Shown here piece by piece: positions 1 to 8,646 of a stretch of 64,000 nt of DNA. Source of the stretch: an uncultured virus (IMG/VR IMGVR_UViG_3300031539_000003). Lineage: Duplodnaviria > Heunggongvirae > Uroviricota > Caudoviricetes. The notes beneath the pieces were generated by a model. That model saw only the letters and a list, made by a program, of their open reading frames with translations, was not told the origin of the DNA and did no database searches. A program made the position numbers and the translations under genes. The stretch lies in the IMG/VR virus record IMGVR_UViG_3300031539_000003; one strand, given 5' to 3'. Within the stretch, counting starts at the first letter, position 1, and every line of letters starts with the position of its first letter.

Positions 1-602
1 TGGTCATTTAACCTACCCCAAAATTGCTTAGCAACTTTCAATTCATCTTCATTTGGAGTAATAAAACTTGCCATCGTTTCAGGTTGTATATGCTTTATCG
101 GCTTATCTATAAAATCTCCCCTATCATTTGCAAACGGCATTGTTGTAGCCAAAGAACTAAATGAAACATCATAACCTTTCTTGTAGGCTTCCTTCCTTAA
201 ATACGTTAATTGCTTTAATAAAGCATATTCGTGCGCCATTCCATATTCATAATCATGAGATGCCTGCGCTACTTTTTGATTAACAAGTATTATATCTATA
301 TCATTAAGACATTTCAAATATTCTTTTATATCCTGAAAACCATCCCTATTCGCTAATCTTTTTAATGATATACTATTAATATCGAATGGACTACAACCAA
401 ATCTCTCCAATTCCTTTAACTCATAATATTCATGTAAAATATATGAACTACTTAATATATCCCCATCTTCATGAGCATGATATACAAACCAATTATGTAA
501 ATTCCCAATTTTAGGAATTCCTACTGACCATATAGAATACCACTGAGTTCGTATGGCATCTTCCTGACTAATTTTAACATTTTTAAATAATGCGTTATCC
601 AT
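1..602 (-). CDS. Hypothetical protein, 3'-partial (runs off window edge); HExxE...AHxxA motif
   Basis: Not in the ORF track. Manual translation from ATG at 602 (MDNALFKNVKISQEDAIRTQWYSIW...YILHEYYELKEL...GMAHEYALLKQL...WGRLND) stays open to position 1. Confidence 0.75.
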   Translation of the reverse strand, partial: MDNALFKNVKISQEDAIRTQWYSIWSVGIPKIGNLHNWFVYHAHEDGDILSSSYILHEYYELKELERFGCSPFDINSISLKRLANRDGFQDIKEYLKCLNDIDIILVNQKVAQASHDYEYGMAHEYALLKQLTYLRKEAYKKGYDVSFSSLATTMPFANDRGDFIDKPIKHIQPETMASFITPNEDELKVAKQFWGRLND

Positions 603-609
603 AAAATTA

Positions 610-637
610 TACTTTATTTATACTATTTAATTAATCG
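610..637 (-). promoter_or_regulatory. Putative phage late promoter, copy of 28-bp bipartite motif
   Basis: Minus strand CGATTAATTAAATAGTATAAATAAAGTA, same spacing as four other intergenic copies; ends 7 nt before the ATG at 602. Confidence 0.55.
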
Positions 638-644
638 GAATTCC

Positions 645-682
645 AAATAAAAAAGGAGGCAAGAAATCACCTGCCCCCTTTA
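645..682 (-). terminator. Rho-independent terminator
   Basis: Minus strand AAAGGGGGCAGGTGATTTCTTGCCTCCTTTTTTATTT: GC-rich stem then T-run, just downstream of the 723..1172 stop. Confidence 0.75.
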
Positions 683-722
683 CTTAAAGCTACATTCAAT
701 CAAAGTTACCATAATGGTAACA

Positions 723-1172
723 CTATTGCAAGTACTTCTGTAAAACGGTTCTGCTGATTCCAAGTTGAATAGGGGCCTGTAAAATTCTCCTTATCCCTGC
801 ACGAGAAGTACTAAAAAATATACCTTTCGCCTCAGGGCCTCTCATATACGACTGAACTGTTTCTGGTATGTCAGAAAATTTTAAATCCATATTTTCTCTA
901 ACTATTTTCTGTAATACCTCAGTAAGGGTTAAATTATTAACATCTCTTTGGAAAGCAGTAAAAGCATTTGTCAAATTTTTACTTGCAACAGCAGTTAGAA
1001 ATTCTTTATCTACCGCTGTCTCACTATCAGATGCCCTATTATTAATGAGCCCTGGATAATCACCGGTAAATTCATTTGCTGCCAACTCAAGAAAACGTTT
1101 TACATTTCCATCGTTTATATCTTTTATAGATCTTAATCTTTTACGTCTCTCTCTTCCACTTCCATAGCTCAT
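723..1172 (-). CDS. Hypothetical protein
   Basis: 149-aa ORF in the operon, preceded by GTAGGTGGG RBS-like sequence; no recognisable motif. Confidence 0.75.
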   Translation of the reverse strand: MSYGSGRERRKRLRSIKDINDGNVKRFLELAANEFTGDYPGLINNRASDSETAVDKEFLTAVASKNLTNAFTAFQRDVNNLTLTEVLQKIVRENMDLKFSDIPETVQSYMRGPEAKGIFFSTSRAGIRRILQAPIQLGISRTVLQKYLQ

Positions 1173-1196
1173 AATAAACCCACCTACAATTCAGTT

Positions 1197-1907
1197 TTAT
1201 TTTTTCTTATTTTTAGTACCAGAAGCAACATCAGTATCAAGAACTTCCATAGTCGTAGACATAATAACATCTTCAATATTCCTGTCCTTAAAAGGAGCAG
1301 AACCAACCGTCATTCTTTTCCCATCCGCAGTAGCAGTTACTTCAAATAATCCAGTTTCCTTTAATGCTTGATTAATTAAAGCAAACGCTCTGGTTTTTGC
1401 TCTAGACGACTTAGTAATTATCTCTTTTGACTCCCGAATAAGCTGTTGTTCACCTTCATCATTATCTGATTTCTTTGGCGCAACATTAGGTTTTGGTTCG
1501 GTAGTAGTCTTTGGTTCTTTACTGCCCTTCTCATTATTCTCCCCGTCTACAACTGGGGGCTCATCACCATTTTCGGGATCGATATCATCTTGACTTACGC
1601 TTTTACCTGTCTTTTTCTTAACGGTAGTCGTCTTTTTTGGTTTCGAAGATTCGGCTTTATCATCGCTCATTTTACCTTTATCTAACTCTTCGGTGCATAA
1701 TGTAAGTCTTGAACCATCATTATTCCTAATACTCACCGAATATTTATCATTTCCTACTCCATCTTCGATCTCATTATCCTTAATTTCACCTATGTCTGGA
1801 TTTTCGTCTATAATACTTTCATTATTCGACATACAATCCCAGCATAATCCATACTTCAACTCTTCAAAATCATAAATATCGTTACTGCACTCAGTGCATT
1901 TGCTCAT
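1197..1907 (-). CDS. Hypothetical protein with N-terminal CxxC...CxxC zinc finger and charged low-complexity middle
   Basis: MSKCTECSND...LCWDCM; long K/E/D/T-rich stretch. Confidence 0.75.
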   Translation of the reverse strand: MSKCTECSNDIYDFEELKYGLCWDCMSNNESIIDENPDIGEIKDNEIEDGVGNDKYSVSIRNNDGSRLTLCTEELDKGKMSDDKAESSKPKKTTTVKKKTGKSVSQDDIDPENGDEPPVVDGENNEKGSKEPKTTTEPKPNVAPKKSDNDEGEQQLIRESKEIITKSSRAKTRAFALINQALKETGLFEVTATADGKRMTVGSAPFKDRNIEDVIMSTTMEVLDTDVASGTKNKKK

Positions 1908-1932
1908 AGTATGTCCTTGCTAATATCCTGCC

Positions 1933-3327
1933 TTAACGATCCAACAAATCTCTCTGTGACGCTATCAAACAACCTCTCGCAACAGCATCCAAAGGATTAG
2001 AAGCTTGGACCACTTCACCGACAGGAATGTTCCAGGGTTTCTTCTCTACTTGCTCTTCAAATAATTTAATAAAATTCTTAGGCTTTGAAGTACCACCGGA
2101 TACCACGACTTTCAAACTTTCCCTAAGCTTAATCTTCCTTTTATGAATTTCCAGATTACCCATAATATTTTTAATAACATACTCAAGGTGAGAAATATAA
2201 AATATCCTGATAGCATCCTCAACAACATCGGTAGGATTCATTAAATCAAAATCATCACTTTCCTTCGTTGCTGTAGCATCAGATAATGAAATCTTTCTAT
2301 TTCGAGAAACTTCTGCATCGATCCAATCACCACCTCTTGCAATAGAAAAAGAAAATATTTCAAGCCCCCTATATGACATCGCAACATTAGTCATACCAGC
2401 ACCGAAAGAAATAGCCAATCCAGTAAACATAGTATCGGCTAATTCAGAATTAACAATAGCCATAGCTTCATTCATGGCATAAACATTTTCTGCCTTAAAT
2501 CCAAGGTTCTCCAGGAAATGACTAATTTTAGCTTCATGATAAATAATATCAAAATCAGAGTCAACCGGTTCAGCAGGCACAGAATAATAAACAATATCAC
2601 TCAAATTACCTTTCCCAACTACTGCTTTTAATATCTCCATAATAACAGGTTCGCATTCTTTCTCATCCGCTGACAAAACACCATCTTTTAATGGTCTTCT
2701 CAACTTCTGGTCAAATAATACTGCCATATCAAACGCTTCATTGCCAACAACAAATAATTCATCTCCCAATTTTACATATTTAACATTTGATGAATCAAGC
2801 ATATTCTTTTTCTGTTTTGATGCTTCCATTTTAAAAAAACCATCTCTCGCAGAAATAGTATCTATCTGCTGATTATCGTTATAGCGCGCAGAAACAATAA
2901 AAGCCGTCCCTACATCGATACCTACAGCTTTCCCGTTACCAGTAGAAGAACTACTATTAGGCTCGGCTGCTGACTTATCATTACTAACATCGGAACCACG
3001 CTCACTCATACTAACAACCTCACTTTCATTTATCTTTCTGTTGATATTTATAGGTCTAACGCTATGCTTGTAAGCATTACCCATATCAACCGGTTTATCT
3101 ATAATACGCTTCGTTGGCTGTTCTGTACGCCTTCTCTCGAAAACCTTATCACTCTTCGCTTTTGATATTTTACTTTTTCCATCGACCATATCTGACTCTA
3201 GTATTGGTTTACATGTCTTCTTGCCACAAGGATACGGACTACACAGATGATCTTTTTTATAAATATTAAAAATACATCTTATACAAAATCTCTCATTCCC
3301 GCTAAGCACGACCTTACTACTGTCCAC
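1933..3327 (-). CDS. Actin-fold ATPase (MreB/MamK/ParM-like) with Cys-rich N-terminal extension
   Basis: Phosphate-1 VGIDVGT, RRPLKDGV, YSVPAEP, connect-1 NEAMAIV, phosphate-2 ISFGAGMTNV, ARGGDWID, adenosine VVSGGTS, connect-2 NPLDAVARG. Possible second start at 3009. Confidence 0.85.
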   Translation of the reverse strand: MDSSKVVLSGNERFCIRCIFNIYKKDHLCSPYPCGKKTCKPILESDMVDGKSKISKAKSDKVFERRRTEQPTKRIIDKPVDMGNAYKHSVRPININRKINESEVVSMSERGSDVSNDKSAAEPNSSSSTGNGKAVGIDVGTAFIVSARYNDNQQIDTISARDGFFKMEASKQKKNMLDSSNVKYVKLGDELFVVGNEAFDMAVLFDQKLRRPLKDGVLSADEKECEPVIMEILKAVVGKGNLSDIVYYSVPAEPVDSDFDIIYHEAKISHFLENLGFKAENVYAMNEAMAIVNSELADTMFTGLAISFGAGMTNVAMSYRGLEIFSFSIARGGDWIDAEVSRNRKISLSDATATKESDDFDLMNPTDVVEDAIRIFYISHLEYVIKNIMGNLEIHKRKIKLRESLKVVVSGGTSKPKNFIKLFEEQVEKKPWNIPVGEVVQASNPLDAVARGCLIASQRDLLDR

Positions 3328-3369
3328 AATCGTATCACGCCCATTATCCGTTTGTTACTTATTTTTTTA

Positions 3370-3747
3370 TTATTCTTTATTATCATCCCCATGCATTTTT
3401 CTTAATTTATTAACTGCATCTAAAGATTTTTTACCATCTACTATATTTTCAGTCCCTACCCCATTTGTTTTTGATTCTACTTTTCTATTATTCCATTTCT
3501 CTTCCAACTTTATATCTTCCTGAATCTTTCTCCGTCTTTCCTCATCTGTTATTCCATCTTCTTCATCAACATTATATTCACCACGTTTACCATGAATGAC
3601 GTGTTTCTCAATTATCTTTTCGCTACTGCCAATTACCCCTTTAATAGTACTTAATATATAAGATATATACACTAAAATAACGGTAATAATTAACAATAAA
3701 GACATAATGGCAGATAGTACATCACTGCCAACATCAACATTAAGCAT
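3370..3747 (-). CDS. Small single-pass membrane protein
   Basis: N-terminal hydrophobic helix VLSAIMSLLLIITVILVYISYILSTI followed by a charged soluble tail. Confidence 0.75.
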   Translation of the reverse strand: MLNVDVGSDVLSAIMSLLLIITVILVYISYILSTIKGVIGSSEKIIEKHVIHGKRGEYNVDEEDGITDEERRRKIQEDIKLEEKWNNRKVESKTNGVGTENIVDGKKSLDAVNKLRKMHGDDNKE

Positions 3748-3776
3748 AATAACACCTAGCTACTATCTGTTATTTA

Positions 3777-4496
3777 CTATTTTTCTTTTGGAAACAAAAT
3801 AGCGTCTATCTTAGAATAAATCTCATCTGCCTTAATATCAATAAATTTTTCTTTTATTAAAACAGCAAGTCCTACAGCAATAGCCAGTGAATTATCTATA
3901 CATTCTGCCTTTTTATACCAATTATCTAACCAACATGAATTATTCTGAAAATCACTATCAAATTTATTAAAATCAAAATCACCATTTTTCCTATCATTTA
4001 TAAAAACTGGGATCCCGTCTTTCTCTAAATCAACGATAATATTTTTTATCGTAGATGGCAATGTATTAAAAAGTTCAACATCAACCAGAACAACCGATGC
4101 ATAATTATCAAGCCCCCACAATAAGGCTGTCTCAAGTGTCCGGAAATCTGCTAATTCATTGTTGTCAAAAATCTTAACTGGAGAAACTTCAGCTTTAGGC
4201 GCTATCCCCTTAATGTAATACTCACCTTTCCCTGCAATTATCCCAGCAATAAAAGTACTGTGACCATTAAAATCATCTAATGTATAAGGATTGCCTGTAG
4301 ACAAATTGTAACCTTCTACTCTTTTTAAATCTTGATGACTGTCCAATCCACTGCCAATAATCAAAACTCTCATTCCTTCTCCATTTTTATATTGCTTCCA
4401 ATCAACAGCTACGCTATTACGCCAATCGACAGTCGCATTGTAACTCTGATACATCCTACCACTCCAACCGCTCGATAATCCTAAATCGCTGCGCAT
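3777..4496 (-). CDS. Subtilisin-like (peptidase S8) protein, degenerate active site
   Basis: GEGMRVLIIGSGLDSHQDL, DDFNGHSTFIAGIIAG, KGIAPKAEVSPVKIFD, NSLAIAVGLAVLIK align with the S8 Asp, His and Ser regions. Confidence 0.75.
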   Translation of the reverse strand: MRSDLGLSSGWSGRMYQSYNATVDWRNSVAVDWKQYKNGEGMRVLIIGSGLDSHQDLKRVEGYNLSTGNPYTLDDFNGHSTFIAGIIAGKGEYYIKGIAPKAEVSPVKIFDNNELADFRTLETALLWGLDNYASVVLVDVELFNTLPSTIKNIIVDLEKDGIPVFINDRKNGDFDFNKFDSDFQNNSCWLDNWYKKAECIDNSLAIAVGLAVLIKEKFIDIKADEIYSKIDAILFPKEK

Positions 4497-4571
4497 ACCA
4501 TACTCCCTTTCATTAAACCTACAAAATATTAAATCTTAATCTCTATATCAATATTGCTAAAAATAATATGA

Positions 4572-5429
4572 CTATTTGTTCATTTCAACATCTTGAACAG
4601 CATTTTCATCTTTCTTGCCCATACTATTTATTTTCCCATTATTATCTTCTTCTCCATATCCAGTCATTAAATCAAGAAATTCCTCGCTCCTTCTCTTAAT
4701 GGCGACAAAACTTCTTGTATATTTTTCAGCAAAACTTTCTGCCCTTGCTACCCATCCTGTCCCACCTATTGGCTTTTCATTAATCCAAAGATCAAAATGA
4801 TGCCCCAATTCGTGAATAATAGTGTCACCTAATATTTCATAATGAAAACGCCCCGATGTTAAGAATAAAGGCCCGCTGACATTACTCGGTGTTACACGAT
4901 ACCTCAACTCCCCATTCATCATTTCTTCTTTTTGACACCATATAGTAATCCTATTTTCAAGTAATTCTTTCCCTTTTTTCTTGATGTTATATGTACCAAA
5001 AGCCCATTTCTTGCTAGTTAACTCATTACTAATTATAATCTCTTTCAGACCCTTAAAATGATCTTGTGGTACTTTAAAAAACTCATAGGCTTTTTTTATC
5101 TGTTCTGGTGTTATAGGATTACGTACCCCTTTTTTCGTAACCTTCATTTTAATAATTGGGACACCATATATCTTAACCTCTGATTCCTTTTTACCCTTTT
5201 TAGATTTCGGATCAGTAGGACTAGCGTCCTTTAAATCCTTTTTGGCAAATTCATCTACTACCTCGATGTAATCTGGGGCACACCTAATCGGAGGCATACC
5301 AAATTTTTCAACCCATATAGGCGTATCAAAATCATCGATAAACCCCGCTTTAACCCTGCCCTTTTTACTAATATGCCTAAAGGACTTTCCTTGAGCTTTT
5401 AAATATCCTTCTAATAATGTAGACATCAT
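4572..5429 (-). CDS. Putative zinc metallopeptidase-like protein (HExxH)
   Basis: TIIHELGHHFD followed by AESFAEKY (zincin-like third-ligand pattern). Confidence 0.6.
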   Translation of the reverse strand: MMSTLLEGYLKAQGKSFRHISKKGRVKAGFIDDFDTPIWVEKFGMPPIRCAPDYIEVVDEFAKKDLKDASPTDPKSKKGKKESEVKIYGVPIIKMKVTKKGVRNPITPEQIKKAYEFFKVPQDHFKGLKEIIISNELTSKKWAFGTYNIKKKGKELLENRITIWCQKEEMMNGELRYRVTPSNVSGPLFLTSGRFHYEILGDTIIHELGHHFDLWINEKPIGGTGWVARAESFAEKYTRSFVAIKRRSEEFLDLMTGYGEEDNNGKINSMGKKDENAVQDVEMNK

Positions 5430-5450
5430 CGAGGTCCTTGTTTTATAATT

Positions 5451-7778
5451 TTAAGCTTTTTCTCGAATTTCTTCATAAATTTTAACGAGTTTATTACCAA
5501 AATCAGTCCATGAATTAGTATTGCAAAAATTATATTGATTTAAAACAATTTTTCTTTGCAAATTCTCATCATTCAATAAATTGATAACACCTTTCGATAT
5601 TACTGTTGCACTTGGAGTAACAATTTCACAAACATTCTGCAAATCAGAGAAAAAACTTGCATTTGATACCATTAATGGTCTTTGAACTCTCATGCAAAAT
5701 CTGCTGGCAATCGAAACTCCCCAATATTCGACATTATTAATACTATAATTATTATATGGTAAAATAATCACATCGCTAGCAGCCAACATCTGTAATACTC
5801 TATCTTCTGGTAATGTATTTTTAAACCTTTTTACATTATCAGATAAACCTAATCTTCTAATTGTATTATCCAATAATTCATCGTACATTTGTGTTGCTAC
5901 TCTATCTCTCTTAACAACAGAAATAATAAGGTACAATATATCTGGTATTTCACGCTTAATGACTGGCATTGCCTTAATAACTTCAATCCAATTCTTGTGA
6001 GGCTGTAGAAATCCAAAAGAAGCAATTATCTTCTTATTTGTCATCCTAATATTTTTCTTTGCTTGATCCTTATCCAATGAATATCGCCCATCGCAACCCA
6101 TTATTAATACCCTAACCTTATCATGAGCAACGCCACATTCAGAAATCATTTTACTCTTTATCATCTCACTATGCACAATAACCAAATCGCATTTTGCAAA
6201 ACCAGAATTATGCGCAACGCCCATAATGCCACAAGCATAATCATGTACTGTGATAATAACCTGGACATTCATCATTTTTAATATTTCTATCGTATCAACT
6301 AATTTCTTATGACTATAAAAAGAATAATGATGCTGTATATGTACTGTCCTAATACCCTGTCGCTTTACAGTGTCAGCAAGATTATATATATTTTTTATTA
6401 TTGTTATGTCCTGTTGTCCTCTTGTCCTCTCTATTAATTCCTTTGTATAATCAGCAACACCACAATTATCGCCCCATGATGGGATTAACATTGCAACAGT
6501 ATTTACTTTAGTATCCTTATAGACAACATTAATATTTAACATATTTTCCTGAGGTCTATCAACAACAACACTATCATCTAATATAAGTTCTTCAAAATTA
6601 TTAGTAACTAAACTAACCTGCTGTGGTATCCAATACTCATCTAATTGTTGCAATCTTTCGTACATTCTTTGCCCAGCAACAGTCCAATTGAATTCACTCG
6701 TTATTTTTTGACGAGCCACTGCACCTTTAGCTCTTGCAACCATAATATTTTCATAAGCTTCTCTCATTAACTTTCTTGCATGCAATACATCTATAACAGG
6801 AGAACGAGAATTCTTATATAATACACTTGCTTTATGAAGATCTCCATAATCCTCAAGCCCATTGGTTTTAACTAAATAACCATTATCACTATTAACAAAA
6901 TCAAGATAAGAAGAATTATCCGGCAATATACACGGCAACCCAGATGCCATAGCCTCTGCCATAGGTAACCCAAATCCTTCGCCCCTAGTCAATAAAACAA
7001 ATATATCTGCAGACGTATACAATCCTGGCATTTTATCATCACCTATTATATCACCTATAAATAAAATGTGAGGGTGTAAAACATTGGGCGATTCCCTACG
7101 ATATCTTATAATATCTTCTTTTATTATTCTTTTGGATTCAGTCGGTTTTTTAGAACCATTGTAAGCCTTTAATATTAAGGAAACATTATCATCGCTTGAA
7201 AACTCGGCTAAATAAGCAGGCAAAAGTAAATCAAACCCCTTCCTAGGAGTATACTCACTAATAGAAAGAAATCTAACCCTATCATCTTTTTCTATTAACG
7301 GTTCAATAGCAGGATGGTATTGATCGACATAAACTCCAGGCTGCATAACAACAACATTATTAATACCATTATCATTAAAGGTATTTAAATTATATGTACT
7401 TGGAGTCCACACCTCATCCATCTGTAAACATGCTTTCTTCCAGTCATATTTACCCACATTCGGAACATCGGAAAACTCAAACATCGTATAGCCTATTTTA
7501 TAGCCAGCATAACTCCTATCAAACCACGGAGCAATGCCCAGACTAAGTTTTGGAGGAGTAAATCCTCTTGGAATTACTGTTTTCTCTAATTCGTTGAGTC
7601 TCCTTAATACTCCTGCAGGCAGCGGGGCTTCATGTGGTTCCCATAACTTATTTGGTTCTAACTTTATTCTTACTCCTAGCCTATCTAATTCCAGTATAAA
7701 ACCACGTGCAAGTTTAGCATAACCTGAAGGCCCATAGACGGGGGCAAAAACGATTAAATACATGTCTCTAACTGCCAT
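5451..7778 (-). CDS. Two-domain GT-B (GT4-like) glycosyltransferase
   Basis: Domain 1: GPSGYAK, PRKGFDLL, TRGEGFGLPMAEAMASGLPCI. Domain 2: CGVADYT, FGFLQPHKN, LAASDVIILPY. Confidence 0.9.
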   Translation of the reverse strand: MAVRDMYLIVFAPVYGPSGYAKLARGFILELDRLGVRIKLEPNKLWEPHEAPLPAGVLRRLNELEKTVIPRGFTPPKLSLGIAPWFDRSYAGYKIGYTMFEFSDVPNVGKYDWKKACLQMDEVWTPSTYNLNTFNDNGINNVVVMQPGVYVDQYHPAIEPLIEKDDRVRFLSISEYTPRKGFDLLLPAYLAEFSSDDNVSLILKAYNGSKKPTESKRIIKEDIIRYRRESPNVLHPHILFIGDIIGDDKMPGLYTSADIFVLLTRGEGFGLPMAEAMASGLPCILPDNSSYLDFVNSDNGYLVKTNGLEDYGDLHKASVLYKNSRSPVIDVLHARKLMREAYENIMVARAKGAVARQKITSEFNWTVAGQRMYERLQQLDEYWIPQQVSLVTNNFEELILDDSVVVDRPQENMLNINVVYKDTKVNTVAMLIPSWGDNCGVADYTKELIERTRGQQDITIIKNIYNLADTVKRQGIRTVHIQHHYSFYSHKKLVDTIEILKMMNVQVIITVHDYACGIMGVAHNSGFAKCDLVIVHSEMIKSKMISECGVAHDKVRVLIMGCDGRYSLDKDQAKKNIRMTNKKIIASFGFLQPHKNWIEVIKAMPVIKREIPDILYLIISVVKRDRVATQMYDELLDNTIRRLGLSDNVKRFKNTLPEDRVLQMLAASDVIILPYNNYSINNVEYWGVSIASRFCMRVQRPLMVSNASFFSDLQNVCEIVTPSATVISKGVINLLNDENLQRKIVLNQYNFCNTNSWTDFGNKLVKIYEEIREKA

Positions 7779-7804
7779 TTAAAACAATCTCCTAGAAAAT
7801 GTTA

Positions 7805-8605
7805 TTAAACAGTCGATGATGTTGACGATTCAGAACTATCTGACGACAAAGAACTTACCGATAACTTACTCGATTCAGAACTATCTGACGATAAAGAACT
7901 TACTGACGATTTACTTGATTCAGAACTTAATGATAACTTACTCGATTCAGAACTTAATGAATCAGAACTATCTGACGATAAAGAACTTACTGACGATTTA
8001 CTTGATTCAGAACTTACCGAAACACTAGACAAGGAACTATTAGAAGAACCTGAACTCAATGAATCAGAGCTTGACGATAATGAGCTTTCTGAAGACTTGC
8101 TAACAGAAAGTGACGACTTAGAAGAATCAGAAAATTCTGCCTGTTCCTCTCCCATCATATTTATCTCAACATCAACATATCCAGGACCAACCTTTGAAAC
8201 ATAACCAATAAGATTATCTGTAACAGATGAGCCATCTTCACCCACCTCTCCAATAGCACAAACCTTACCAAAACCCCATATAGAAATCCCTACTCCAACA
8301 ACCAAATTTGTCGATATAGCATAAACCATTCTGGCTATCCCATGTCTCATAATAGTAATTTCATCCTCTTGCAAAGCCGAAGTTATAGCAACCCCTCTAA
8401 AATTATCAAGGGTACAATTCTGCTCTGCCCATCTAACAGTCCCATCATTCCCATTAGCCTCTGTGGCCTGCCCCTTCAATACATAATTATTGGCAGGCCC
8501 AACTGTAAATGGATAAGCAATGCTTTTACCACCTAATACATCCACAATCCCTTCAATGCTCACCCCAGCCGAAGGTAGTGCGCTTATCATTGGTCTTGCA
8601 GTCAT
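7805..8605 (-). CDS. Head decoration protein paralogue with Ser-rich C-terminal tail
   Basis: N-terminal ~150 aa closely resemble 56341..56814 (MTARP..S..P.AG..I.GIVDVLGGKSI; RHGIARMV; YVDVE); last ~107 aa are (SSx)n. Confidence 0.8.
   Translation of the reverse strand: MTARPMISALPSAGVSIEGIVDVLGGKSIAYPFTVGPANNYVLKGQATEANGNDGTVRWAEQNCTLDNFRGVAITSALQEDEITIMRHGIARMVYAISTNLVVGVGISIWGFGKVCAIGEVGEDGSSVTDNLIGYVSKVGPGYVDVEINMMGEEQAEFSDSSKSSLSVSKSSESSLSSSSDSLSSGSSNSSLSSVSVSSESSKSSVSSLSSDSSDSLSSESSKLSLSSESSKSSVSSLSSDSSESSKLSVSSLSSDSSESSTSSTV
7826..8130. repeat. Coding tandem/degenerate repeats encoding the Ser-rich tail
   Basis: Exact 55-bp direct repeat at 7875..7929 and 7962..8016, plus several GATTCAGAACT units. 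Confidence 0.85.
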
Positions 8606-8646
8606 TTTACATCTCCTTCTATTAATGTAATATTAAACATTCATTT

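Noticed and set aside
7826..8040. Repeat array considered as CRISPR or DGR TR/VR pair
   Set aside because: Repeats are in-frame coding units without unique spacers; the long copies are identical rather than differing at adenines; no cas or reverse transcriptase gene in the window.
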